From Rhizophagus irregularis (taxonomy: Eukaryota): DNA of 64,000 nt. Within the stretch, counting starts at the first letter, position 1. Each line of letters opens with the position of its first letter. The translations under genes and the position numbers were made by a program. Under the pieces are notes generated by a model. It worked only from the letters and a program-made list of their open reading frames with translations. It had not been told where the DNA came from and ran no database searches. Positions 12,372-25,234 of the stretch are shown here, piece after piece. Where the stretch lies: the NCBI RefSeq assembly GCF_026210795.1, contig NC_089431.1:1922001-1986000 (forward strand), written 5' to 3'.

Positions 12372-15099
12372 ATGAACGAAAATCATCGTGTCCACTTTAG
12401 ACCTACGAGAAGAAATAGGTAACTGAAAAATATGAATTGATTATTTTCTTTATATCATGTATGAAATTTATTCGAATTTTATAGTTATCAACTCAATGTC
12501 GAGGAAGCAATAGCCAATCTTAAACTATTTATTACTCAGGAACGGGAGATTGGAGACGTCTTTCAGGAATATCAGCGACAGAATATTGACGTTGATGTTC
12601 ACATAATTGCAGGCGATAAATGGAACCAAAAACTGTTTAAAGTTCACAAATTGATTCTGAAGGAACGAAGTGATTATTTTAAAGTAGCACTATCCGATCA
12701 ATGGGTGCGAAAAGATCCAACCGGAATCATTATCTTTCGAAAAGAGAATATATCACCGGAAATATTTGTTTTGCTCCTTGAGTAAGGCACATGATATTAA
12801 TAGTTTGTTAATAGTTTCTGATTATTTTAATACAGTATTTGGTGACCATTTTGTTGATTTGCAGATACATTTATACCGGTAAGGTTTCGGTGCCACTTTG
12901 CGATACAGACGTTGATTTTGTGGATTTGATTGGAGCGGCCGATGAGATTTTGCTTCCACAATTGGTTATTTCCTTAGAAGGATACCTTGTTGACATGTAT
13001 TTATCAGAGTCCACAAAATTACTTGAAGTCGAAACATGGTTGCAATCAAACATCGTTCGCTTAGTTTCACTGAAAAAAGGTGGGTACATCGTATTTTATA
13101 AAATGGGTGTCATATTTGTCTCATTTTCATGTATACTTTGTTTCAGATATTCCGGAAGGTTTGAGCTTAATTCGATCACGATTTGAAAAACATGTTCGAA
13201 TAACAGGTCATGATTCCATCCAAGAGATCACCGACAATAAAAATGCAAGCTCTGTAGTATGTTCGGAAATATTTTTTTTTTGTGGCAATCAAATCTCATG
13301 ACAAATTAAATAAAAACGCTTTTTTATTTATACTTTCTATAGGAATCCACGATATACGTTAATACCCTTTTAAAAGTTTTCAACAAATATCATCACATGG
13401 TTCAAACCATATTCGAAAACGAAGCCGGATTTGTAGCATCATTTAATGAAGTCCGTTTTTAATTCATTTACAATTAACATGTTTTAGGTCCTTTTATATA
13501 AATTTACATCATTTTTTCGTTTTCTTAAGTTTTGCCGTGAATTTATCAATCGCAACGTACCATTTTTTTCATCACCATCACAATTGCTTGTGGAATTTTG
13601 TGACATATTTCTTCGCCGGAATGAAAAAAGTTCAATGGTCGATAATAAGGATGTTATTAACAATATTGTAAGAGATCAAGAACAATATTCAGCTTTTAAA
13701 TAACGTTTATACAGCAAATTTAATTAAAAGTTTTTTTTTTATTTAAGATAAACATATTTAAATATCTCCATGACAAAGATTTTTTCAAAAAATTTTATTC
13801 CCAACTGTTAGCTGAACGTCTTTTGACTCAAAGCTCTTTCTCCGAGGAGGCGGAATTGAACATGATTTCCAGATTAGAGGTTTGGTCAGCATATTGGTTA
13901 ATCTTAATATCTGAATTGCTTTAATATTGCGTTCCTTATATAGAATGAATGTGGCCTCGAATATACATCCAAAATGCGACTTTTGTTCCATAATATTGGA
14001 TTAAGTAAGGATCTTAATAATCAGTTCAAGAAACATTTGAATACTGATGATGCAGAACAAGGTGGTGCAATAATTTTGTTTGTTTAACTAAATAATCATT
14101 CTATCAATTAACTGTAAACTGTTGTTGTGTCTTTTCAATAGTTGAATTTTACATTTTAGATATGGAAGCCTTGCCAATGTCACCAGTTGTTTCCAACCTG
14201 ATCATTCCAGATGAAGTGTGTTAAAATCGTGAATTTTCTTGTCTTAGTATCTATTTGGTTGCCTTATGATATTTTATTTTCACAGATAGAGAAAACTTTT
14301 CAACGTTTCAAGAAATTTTATAAAGACAAATATCCTTCCCGTAGACCAAAATTGCTACACCATTTATCAAAAGGTGAACTAAAAGCAAATTACCTAAAGA
14401 CACCAAAAGTATTCCAGGTGAAATAAATTGGCTTTTTTTTTTAGAAATCATTATATTAGTAAGTAGAACTAAATAAAATTTTCCCATAGGCATCAACATA
14501 TCAGATGAGCATTCTTCTACAGTACAATAATAACACTTCTTATACCCGTGAAGAATTGCTTCAGAATACGGGTATAAACCAAGATTTATTGGATCAACAA
14601 CTAAAATATTTAACTGATTTAAAACTTTTACTTCTTGATAAGACAACGTACGACTTGAATTTTGAGTTCAATAGGTAGGTTGGTTCATGAACATCTTTGA
14701 AGTTACCGCATGATCTAAATTTAATGTCACGTTTTCATTTCCCACAGTGAAGCATTTCAAATCACATTAAAAGATCCTGAAGAAGCAATGCAATTTCATT
14801 TTGAACTCCAACGTAGACTTGTGGAGGAAAGGAAATTCCAAATTGAGGTTTGTATATTTTTTTTTTTGATATTTCATTACTATTATCTTACGTGATATAA
14901 TAATTCATTGTAGAGCACAGTTTTTCAAACTATACGTCATCATAGAGGAATTAGACATGATTCATTAGTATGTGAAGTTGTCATGAAACTTGAACATAAA
15001 TTCCTTCCAGCACCCTCTATGATTAAAAAAGCAATTAATAGTCTCATAGAAAGAGAACATATAGAGTATGTAGATAAGGGGTATAGAAAAGTACTTTAA
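12372..15099 (+). CDS. BTB/POZ domain fused in frame to the C-terminal half of a Cullin-1-like protein; ~12 exons
   Basis: BTB motifs ([46 protein letters not shown]) splice in frame into cullin motifs ([70 protein letters not shown]). Stop TAA at 15097-15099. Confidence 0.88.
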
Positions 15100-16654
15100 T
15101 TTAGAGTTAGTTACATAATTTTTTTTTTGTTTTTGTGACAATGAAATCTTTTTTGTGTAAAATCTTAATTTTAATTGATTTAAAACTTTAATATACTGTT
15201 ATACTGTATATGTTTTATACAAATTTTTTGTTTTGCTTTTTTTTCTCTTCAGAATTAAAGAATTACAAAGAAGTTATGTAAACTTCATTTACAAAGTTTT
15301 AAGAACTATGTATATTTCTTTTAATAGATAATAATAAAGATAAAAATAAAAATTAATAAAAGAATAAAGATTAATTTATAAAATCCAGTTCCAGCGGAAA
15401 AATATTAAAAAAAGACCATTTTATAATAAAAAAATAAAAATTTATATTATTTAGCCATGGCAATCATCAAAAGCTGTGCAAAATCTGTATAGAAATGGAA
15501 CGGAATATTGTCTTAGCTGTACTCCTATTAACATTAGGTGGATCACCAAGTAAAGAAACAACTTTGATACACAAGACAACCAATATGATGTTCTTTTATG
15601 TTTTAATTGAATGAATAATATTGTTATGTGTCAAAATCGTTACGACGTTACGTGATATTAATTACACCAAATTTATATCGTCATTTTCATTTTGAGAAAT
15701 GTCACGTTTAAATTAAATAATTGATCGATGTAATCGATGTACAGTATCTAAATTTTACTAGTCATTTAGATCAAGGATTCAATATACTTTTTTTGTATTT
15801 TAGAGTTCAAACTTGAATGAATTGTAGGAAAAAAACCAAAAAATTGAACGTCCAATGATTTTGGATCTTTTAATCAGATTGCTTGTTGTTGTTCAAATAA
15901 AATTAACGTTCAGATGCTTTGTTTAAAACATTTTACCGTTTTAATAATCACGGCGCTCTCGGCAAATGCATCTTCTAATTGCTTATATATTCATTGTAAA
16001 CCTTGCTTATTTAATACAAGCGTCAAATATTTCAAGCAATAATATAAGCCTCACTAATACGCTATTAATGCTATTCATTAAATAGATTCCATTCCCACTT
16101 TTACAAGTTACATAAATACCAAATTTCTGCTTAAGAAGAATATTATTTTTATATCTTGGAACAAAATCTTCAGGCAAAAATATTACTAATTATATTATAA
16201 TTTAACGACCGAGTTATAGATTCATTAAAAATCACGATAGAATTTATACATATTGATATGTGAGATGATTTATTTAGCGTGCCAATTCAATAACTGATAA
16301 CATTTCTAAAAACTTGTTAATTAGTAAATTTAGGATATATAAGGATGATTTTATACCTGACAAATACTGTGACACGTAACAAAATTGTAAAACTCCTCTG
16401 TTAAATATGTGAATTAGACTAAATGTGTAATAGACTAAATGTGAGAAATAAAAGTCATAATGTCATTATTATAATTAGAACAAAAGAATTACTTAAATAT
16501 CATAAAATCCATAACAATCACATAAATTACATCATTGTATTGGTTAAATGTTCAAAATTTTTTTGACAATCATAACAATCAGTCGACTATAAAATACAGT
16601 ATATTTCTCATTTTCATCTTACTTTAGACTTTTATACATAAAAGTTTGAAAAAG

Positions 16655-17847
16655 ATGAGAATAAGAAGGTGGACTTTAGAAGTTTTAGTGAACGAAATAC
16701 CTCTCCGAGAATATGTAATTTCTGATTCAGTACTTGGAGTAAATATAATTAATTATTAGATTTTTTTTTTTTAGTATCATATGTATCATATTCAAATAAA
16801 TGATTTCTTTTTCTTATAATAAATAGGCCAGTGCATCTAACGTATTGAAATCATATGTGTTCGAAGGAAATCGAAAGAAATTTTGGTATAAAAATTCAAA
16901 ATTTATACTTGACTAAATAAATCATAACTTTTTATTTATTTATTTATTTATTTTAGCGACTCGGCTACTTTTATTGCAGTTCCAGGACCTGGAACATATT
17001 ATAGTATAGTGGTTTCTCCAAGCATAAGTAAAATCGCACCCAAAATTTATGTAGATGGTAGAAATGACGATTCTTATGTAAAAAGTAGTGATTCATCATT
17101 TAGCATCGTTAAAGGTTTCCATAATAGAAATAGAACTATAAGATATGATTTCATTTTCGACAAAACAGAATGGATTGAAACGGATATTCCACAAAGAACT
17201 AAATATGGTGGACTTGGTATAATATCTGTTTATTTCTATAAAGTCAAAGAAAGGTATGAATCATCAAGAAATTATAGTTCGTATTTGAGCTATGATCTAA
17301 ACAAAGATTTTAAAGGAGTAAAGATTCCAGAAACTAAGAAATATTTTGACGTGGCTCTTACCACAAAATTTCCGAAGGCATAGAATGTTACGGTGATCGC
17401 TCATCATATAAAATAGTAAGAGATGATGAACCATTGGCTGTACTTCACATTAATTATCGTTTAGCTGATTGGCTCATTCCGATAGTTGCTAATATTTATA
17501 CACAAAATTCCTGTGCTTCTTCTTCTACATCTACCTCATCTACGTCTTCCCCATCTACATCTACTACTTCTACTTCGTCTGCCCTGGCGTCTACCTCTTC
17601 TTCTGCTGCTACTAATGTAGACATTAAAAATGTCAAAAAGAGGAAACGAAGATACCAAGAAATGATCGTCTCTTCTGCTGCTACTAATGTAGACATTAAA
17701 AATGAAGTTAATAATTTTGAAAGCGATACTGAAAATAAACCTTTAATTACTCAATCTATCAAAAAGAGAAAACGAAGATACCAAGAAATTATCGTAATAT
17801 TGGATTCGGATGAGGAGTGCACACATGAAGCGGTGGAGTTAGATTGA
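16655..17847 (+). pseudogene. Paralog of 9481..10621 with 1-bp frameshift
   Basis: Same exon structure as the first copy. ACAAAATTTCCG replaces ACAAAATTTTCCG at ~17370, splitting it into ORFs 17009..17383 and 17434..17847. A sequencing error in the T-run cannot be excluded. Confidence 0.75.
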
Positions 17848-18109
17848 ATATGACAAAACTCATCGAAAATATAGAAATAGTTGTATTAAAATGTTACATG
17901 ATAACCTTATTAATAGCTAGCCTAAATATCTCAATGCATTTTATTAGCTAGGATTCAAATATAAATGTATATTCAACCCCGCTAAAAAAACCAAGTTTTC
18001 ATATACAATTTTTAATCTAAAAAAATCGATAGATTGACTTAATTTTAAAGACATACTGTAATTCAGTTCTTTGAAGTAATATAGTAAGATTTGCTTAATA
18101 AAAATGAGC

Positions 18110-18704
18110 TAGAGTTTAGATCCATGTATTCGTGGATATGTTTCCGTGATAAAATACAATATCCGTAATCCCTATAAAAAAATTGAACAGGTAATCCATA
18201 TCCATATAATACGGATGATTCGGATAATGCAGATAACGCGGATAACTGTGTAATATCTAGGGTTTTATAATTTTATTTTTTTATTCTCAAATAATTTATA
18301 ATAATATATAATATTTTAAGACATTTTGTTTCGCCGTTCATGGTCTTCCTATATTAGATCTAATTCAAATCCAAATCACTAAAAAAGTAAAAACAAAGGA
18401 ATATTAGCACGTTTCTAAAAAAAAACCTCTTTTCAGCTTACAATTCCAGAGCCCAGTATTCAAGAGACCGAAGTCTAGGTCCAGGAGGAGGGATAAAGGA
18501 AAAGGACGAAAGAGAAGGAAAGGGCAGAAAAAATATTAAAAAAGATAGGGTTATCCCATTTTTATAACAAAAGAAATAAATTATCATTATTTTTTTTAAT
18601 AAAAAAAGGACTATCCGTGGATACTACCCGAATAATAAAATGAGTATCCGCAATCCGTTATCCGTATGAATACACAGATAATGGATACATGGATCCAAAT
18701 TCTA
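18110..18704. mobile_element. hAT-type MITE
   Basis: Termini TAGAGTTTAGATCCATGTAT / ATACATGGATCCAAATTCTA with 8-bp TSD AAATGAGC/AAATGAAC. An older counterpart starts at 10962. Confidence 0.8.
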
Positions 18705-18899
18705 AAATGAACGAATATGTGCATTTCACAAATTAATTTTTTATATAATAATTTTGCCAATCATGTTTTTTTCTCCAAATTTCTTTAAAAAGAAAGATTA
18801 AAAAGGAGTATTTTCGAAAGTTTAAATAAAGGAGTGCATTTGTTTGTACATTAATTCTTCGGCTGTTTCGTGGTTTTTTTTGTTGACCAATTCTGGAGG

Positions 18900-20008
18900 A
18901 TCAAATTTTTATCCACTTTAAACTTACAAAACAGGTAACTTATCAGTTTCCGATTGATTATTTTCTTTATATCATGTATGAAATTTATTCGAATTTTATA
19001 GCTATCGACTCAATGATTTTCTAGGAGCGATAAATGAAACCAAATACTTTTTAAAGTTCACAAATTGGATCGAAGTGATTATTTTAAAATAGCACTATCC
19101 GATCAATGGGTGCGAAAGATCCGAACGGAATCATTATCTTTCGAAAAGAGAATATATTACCGGAATTGTTGATTTGCAGCTACATTTATACCAGCAAGGT
19201 CTCGGTGCCACTTTGCAATACAATCTTGTTGACATGTATAATCAGAGTCCACAAAATCACTTGAAGTTAAAACATGGTTGCAATCAAACATCATTCGCTT
19301 AGTTTCACTAAAAAAGGTGGGCGCATCATATTTTTAAAAATGGTTTCATATTTGTCTCTTGATTTTTTATTCTCATGTATTCTTTGTTTCAGATATTCCG
19401 GAAGGTTTGAGCTTAGTTCGATCACAATTTGAAGAACATGTTTGAATAGCAGGTCGTGATTCCGTCTAAGATATCATCAAAAATAAAAATGCATTTTTTT
19501 TTGACGATCAAATCTCATGATAAATTGAATAAAATGCTTTTTATTTATACATCCACGATATATGTTAATGCCTTTTTAAGAGTTTTCAACAATATCTCAT
19601 AGTATAAATCATATTCGAAATCGAAAACGAAGCGGGTTTTGTAGCATCATCTAATAAAGTCCGTTATTAATCCATTAGGTCCTTTATATAAATTTACATC
19701 AATTTACGTTTCTTAAGTTTGCGATAATTTATTAACTGCAACGAACTTTGCACAGACCCATTTTTGTCATCATCACAATTGCTTGTGGAAATTTGTGACA
19801 TTCGCCAGAATGAAAAAAGTTCAGTTGTCGATAACAAAGATGTTATTAACAATATCAGATATTGTAAGTGATCAAGGACAATATTCAGCTTTTAAATAAC
19901 GTTTGGACAGCAAATTTAATTAAAAGTTTTTTTATTTAAGATAAACATATTCAAATATCTCCATAACAAAGATTTTTCAAAAAATTTTATTCCCAACTGT
20001 TAGCTGAA
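18900..20008 (+). pseudogene. Truncated, deleted copy of the BTB-cullin gene
   Basis: Nucleotide match to 12370-13818 with many deletions. Homology stops abruptly after CTGTTAGCTGAAC. Confidence 0.88.
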
Positions 20009-20489
20009 CCCCAATGATTATGAGCGCTGGTACCCCAAACTTATCTTAGACAGTGTTGTTAATAATAGTACAGCCCGGAGGGTGATCTTCAGCTCGAAAG
20101 ATTTTTTGCTGAGCTACTCCTGTGCGACAAAAATATGCGGATCACCAGACAGGTCTGTGCGACATATTAATTCACATATAATCGAAAAGAAATTATGTAT
20201 ACTAACCTTTAGTCTATTTTTTTCCCGAACAAACATGAGAAAATGTGAAAGAGTGCTTAGTTCAACACGGGGCCTACCACATAAGTAGATAGTGATGACA
20301 AAAGCATATGTTATGAAGGGCTGAGAACTTCGCAATTTCGAGATCGCCGTTAGACCAACCTTGAGTCTTTCTGGTAGATCTCGTTTACATGTGCCCTGCC
20401 CAGCGAAAACAATCCATTTTAAGTCTTATTATTTCCTGTTAATCTTTTTTTGAATCTACCACCAGCAACAGTAATAATGTTATAAGCCT

Positions 20490-20652
20490 CAATTGCATTA
20501 TTCTTGGCGATAATTTCGATGATATTTTTACGTTAGAGATCTCATGCATTTGTCTAGATAATGGAATCTTCCTTCTTGAGGTATGGTATGATCAAAACCC
20601 GGAAATTGTTATTCCGGAAAGGATACGAAAAATTAAGGAGTTGTTTGTCTAG
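20490..20652 (+). pseudogene. C-terminal fragment of Vsr/DUF559-like endonuclease
   Basis: Translates CICLDNGIFLLEVWYDQNPEIVIPERIRKIKE. A homologous longer copy lies at 40520-40941. Confidence 0.55.
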
Positions 20653-20926
20653 CATCCAAAAAGTTTCGGTCTCCTATAATTAAATAATCTTGTAATTCTC
20701 TGTTTTAATGACAGATAAATATCGTAAAATTGGCTACACGTAATAAATGGCGAATGTACAGTCATAGGAGTCAGTAACCACAAATGCAATCAATAATACA
20801 TCACCGCATTAATCATCACACATGTATTGTATAAATATTTATTTATTTATAAGTTTAGTTTTTTTTCTCACGTCTTTTTTATTTCTTAAGTCTACAATAT
20901 TCCTGGTTGAATACTTTACAGGAGCC

Positions 20927-22090
20927 ATGGCAGAAATCTATAATAAAGAAGTTCGTGGGGGCGGAGAGAGACTATACAAAAAATGCTTGTAACAAACTCA
21001 AAGAAAACCATATTTTATGTAGGACTCAGAATATAATGACACCTTTCGGTTCCGAATGATGTGCCTAGACAAATTTCAGCCGTTCATAATTATCACGTTT
21101 TGGGACTCCTGGGGTCTTCTTTGGACGTTCTCCTTTCAGCTGTCAAAGGAGATGAAATTAGAGGAGCAAATGGAATATATAACAAGGAGTCTAGAACGAT
21201 TGGCGGAAAGTATAATGCTATACAACCAAATGTAAACTTGCGCCATCAACGGTGAGCGTCACGTATTCGAATCAAGGGGAAGTGATAAAATTCATGTTCG
21301 GTGCGTCGATTCGTTATCATTGGGAAATGTGCAGCCAGTAGCGGAGTCAAGAGTAGAAAAAATGAATGTGTTACGTTGGGCATCGGATGTGGAGAATGTT
21401 TTAACCGAAGAAGAATTGATCAAATGCAGACACAATTTGGGAAATTGCTCAGAGTCGGTTACTTGGGCGGCAATGTATGGTACCCACAGCCTCTCACGGA
21501 ACGTGTTGTCTTTACGTGAACCCTCGCTCTACTCAGGAAGGAAAATCAAGTATTGAGCATCAAAGAACAATTGTCTCAAGTGCCAGTACGTGATAGAACA
21601 GATTGGTCGCCATCAAGTTGCAGTGATAATTTCATTTTAGTTGAAAATCTGAAGAATCTCGTATAGCAACCTTAATCAAATATGAGGTTCTTGAATCTTG
21701 ATAGTGATCCACGAGAACTAATTTACTATATCAATCGTGTTGCTGAATTTGGCTTCAATCACATAATTATTGTCGGAGAGACTGAATATGGAATGATCTT
21801 TATAGATTGTTATGGTCGGGTTTTTATGTGGGATGATGAGAGTCCAATGTTATGGCCACTTGGAAATTCTCCAGAAGAAGTACCAAAACAGACGATAAAG
21901 GGAAAGATGTGTTAGGATGGTTCGTACGTATATGAGTATATTAGGAAACCTCAATGTATGTATACAAAAAATTATAACAGTATTGCGTATTAATTATGAT
22001 GTTATAACTTAATTCTTTGTACACATTTTCTTTCAGATATACACCCTGAAGCGAGAGAAGGAAGTAAAAACAAGTGCTCAAATTATTAAA
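20927..22090 (+). pseudogene. Disrupted gene with SUKH-like (SMI1/KNR4 superfamily) C-terminal domain
   Basis: Fragmented ORFs. IIVGETEYGMIFIDCYGRVFMWDDESPMLWPLGNSPEE resembles the SUKH-3 GE..ID..GRV..LG.S.EE pattern. Confidence 0.5.
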
Positions 22091-22844
22091 TATTTACAAT
22101 ATCAAATGAGGTTTTAGTTATATCCTGTAAGATGCTCGTGTGTATAATATTTTTTAAAACTTTTATTACCGATATGGGAATGCTTTTCCCCTTTTCTCCG
22201 CTGTCAAGAAAGAATAAACTGGGCAGCTGATATAAAGACGTCAAAAACTCTAATCGTGATTATTAAAAAAGATATATATATAATCTTTCTTTCTTGAGGT
22301 ATGGTTTAAAGAACGCGAAAAATTGAGTTCATTGGTCAAACATCCAAAGATTTTTAACTATAAATCATGTAACTCTATCAGTCAAGGAAGATGTCTTAAA
22401 AAATTTGGAGCAAAATTTATTTATTATGGTTGGCATAATAAAATTTTTGATATAGCATCATCAATCAATTTCGCATTCTCATTCTTAAGCTCAGCATTTT
22501 CACCCTCAAGATCGGCAATGCGTTGTTCCAATAATTCAAGCTGATCAATAATATTTTTATAGAAGATATAAAATATTCAAAAGTCCGCCCCCTTCGAAGC
22601 TATGCTTCTTCAGGGTGAAGCAGAAAGATTATAGAGCTATTTTGTTCAAGAGTGTTTAAGTTATCACCCCGCGGATCAAAGATCAAGGGGGCATTCTGCT
22701 AAGAAATTTGCAAAGAAAAAAGTGTTATAAAGAACCAAATTTCCGGGGCCGCGTAGTCTCAGAAAATTGCCAAGAAAATTTTTTATACATGCGAAAAATA
22801 AATAAAAAGGTTCGGGACTTTGCCCGTGGTTCGTGATGTCTATA

Positions 22845-23330
22845 CTAGTATACATGATTATTTTTTTTGATTATCTCTTCTACACGACGTTTCTTATTTG
22901 GGGGTTCTTCACTAGCTGATACCCTATCCTTTAACAAACCCACTTTAACCTCTAAAATCCTTTTCACGTTCTTGCGCAATTCGGTTGAGTCCTTGAGTGC
23001 GTCTTCTGTTAGTGAGATTCGATATCGTACAGTAGATACCTTCGATGCCAATCGGTTGCTATTTACATAAAAAGTTAGGACTATGCGCTAGTAATGCACG
23101 ATGCCATATACAGTATATATTCATGATAATGTCAGTTAGTTTTTGTGCAAAGCGAAAAATAAAAATCTACATTACTTACGTCCTCAACCTTTCATGCCAT
23201 AACTTCTGGGTATTTCTTCGATTACCTTGAGAAAATCACGTCCATTAACCTCTTCCTTTCTAAAATTTCAATCTCGACATTTACGGGACTTCTTTCGTCC
23301 ACTCGTTCATATGGCCGGCAAACGCTATAT
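22845..23330 (-). pseudogene. Fragment of Crinkler-type REase-fold protein C-terminus
   Basis: EGIYCT..YRISLTEDALKDSTELRKNVKRILEVKVGLLKDRV..EPPNKKRRV, frameshifted. Confidence 0.55.
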
Positions 23331-23559
23331 AAATGTGCTTCAGTCGAGTTGTAATGTACTGTAATTCTAGAGTAAACATACATATCAATAAATGCTATTA
23401 TGCTATAAATATTGCGAGGAAAAATTCTTGGGAAGTACAGTTATGTATTTCGTCAAAAAATATAGATAATAGTGAAACGACACGATATCATGATATATAT
23501 AAGAAATAAATCTTGTTAAATATCCAATTGATTCAAAATCGGATCACATTTTATCCCGA

Positions 23560-24698
23560 ATGTCGCCGAAGTCGTCGCATTCTTGATGCTCTGAAAAATC
23601 TACTCAAACCACATTCAGAAATAAAAGACAAACCACTGAGCGAAAGCAGGTGAGTGAGTTCATATGCAAGTTATTTATTTCAATATCTGTCCAGTGTTAA
23701 CCTGTATGAATGAATGTCTCCCTTGTAAGATTGGCTCGAAGATAACTTTAGAAGAATACAATAATTTTCTTATTCGTAAAGAGTCTTCTGGGTACAAATA
23801 CCAACGAAAAAGTGACGGTGATGTATATGTAATCGACATGTTACTTCACTAAAAATATTTTGAGGTCGCTAACAGAGGAGTTTTCTTTAACCCACCGATA
23901 GTTACTAATGGTGATGGATGTAAGAGAATTCCGATTCTTGACCTATATATAATTGATTATTGATATTCACACCCTTCCTTCCTTTAGTCCATTTTGATCC
24001 TACTGTAAATGGAGGATTTATTGCTGCAGATGTTGCAGTCGCACCACACTTGAATCATGTCCAACAACCCATTGTCCTATACCCTGGCCCTCCACCTGGA
24101 GATAAAAACGTATTTTTTTGAGGTTTGATTTGCTAAATTTGATTTATGATTCTAATATTAATATTTCATCTAGGGGAATCCGCATGCTTGAATAATCTGC
24201 GAAGTGGCTAATTCCCAGAGTATTGGCCAATTGATCAGAAAATGTCAAATTGGTTAAATGTAGTTCATGTTCGATACGTTATTGGTATTAAATTGCATGA
24301 TAAAAGGACAATAACTGATAACCGAGGACGTTATCACAGGTCAATGACAGCATTACTGTTTCGACAAGGAGTAGCCGGATATCAAATAGTAAGGTGCTAA
24401 TTTATAATTGTTATTTTTTTGGTCAAATCATCTTAATAACCTTAAAATATTTTAGTGGGATTTCGGTACCCACCAGCTAGGAAGAGAAGCGAGCAACACT
24501 TCTCTCACAGGATGTAATGCTCCTAATATCCCAGCATTCCAAATTAACAACCCAGTCAACCAAGTTTTCTGGGATCCGACAACAATTCCAGCTGCAGCTG
24601 GATACGTGCCAGCTCTTCCCCCTGCGGTTGCTCTTGTTAATTTTACTATCGATCTGTACGTAGTTCAGCAGGTAGTTTTGGACTACCAAGCAAATTGA
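23560..24698 (+). pseudogene. Uma2-like (PD-(D/E)XK) restriction-endonuclease-fold gene, multi-exon, disrupted
   Basis: ITLEEYNNFL..GDVYVIDM, IAADVAVAP, GNPHA*IICEVANSQS, VRYVIGIKL, WDFGT..TGCNAP. TGA at 24189-24191 plus frameshifts. Confidence 0.7.
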
Positions 24699-25234
24699 TG
24701 ATAAAATTATGTAATAAAATGTGCACAGACTCCTATGTATTAATCAAAGAACATCATGCATTCAATATTTATTCGATACATTACACACTCTCCACATCCA
24801 TATTTATGTAAAAAAAATGTGCAAGCTTTATTGATGTTTATTGAAAACATAATAAAATTCATCCTGAGTAATGTGGCTGTGAAAGATTTGCTCTATCTTA
24901 TCGATCCCCAATTCAGATTTTATCAGCAATTTGTTAAAATGCAGCTGGACCGTTAACATCCCTACTCAGAATATTTTTGTAATGAAGCTAGGAAAAAAAA
25001 TCACGGATGCATAACAACTTATCACACTAACTACTTTGCTAAGAAAAATTAAATTTGATTAATATGAAAAACTTTATTATTTTGTATGATATCAGTTGTC
25101 ACATGCGCAGTAAAGATGCATTCTCTTCATCTATAGGATTGATTAAACAATTCAGAACCAGTAATTGTGGGATAAATTTGTTTATTTTCTGATGTGCTGT
25201 ATTTATTAAATTTAATTATTTCTTACAAATTATA

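Larger units (their letters stand above)
15540..20008 (+). repeat. Second, deleted copy of tandem segmental duplication (source ~6120-13818)
   Basis: Collinear matches: 15563~6208, 15668~7162, 16655~9481, 18110~10962, 19030~12617, 19990~13800. Confidence 0.92.

Noticed and set aside
22813..22849. Helitron 3' end (hairpin plus CTAG)
   Set aside because: The hairpin is weak, the spacing is long, and there is no matching 5' end or helicase.
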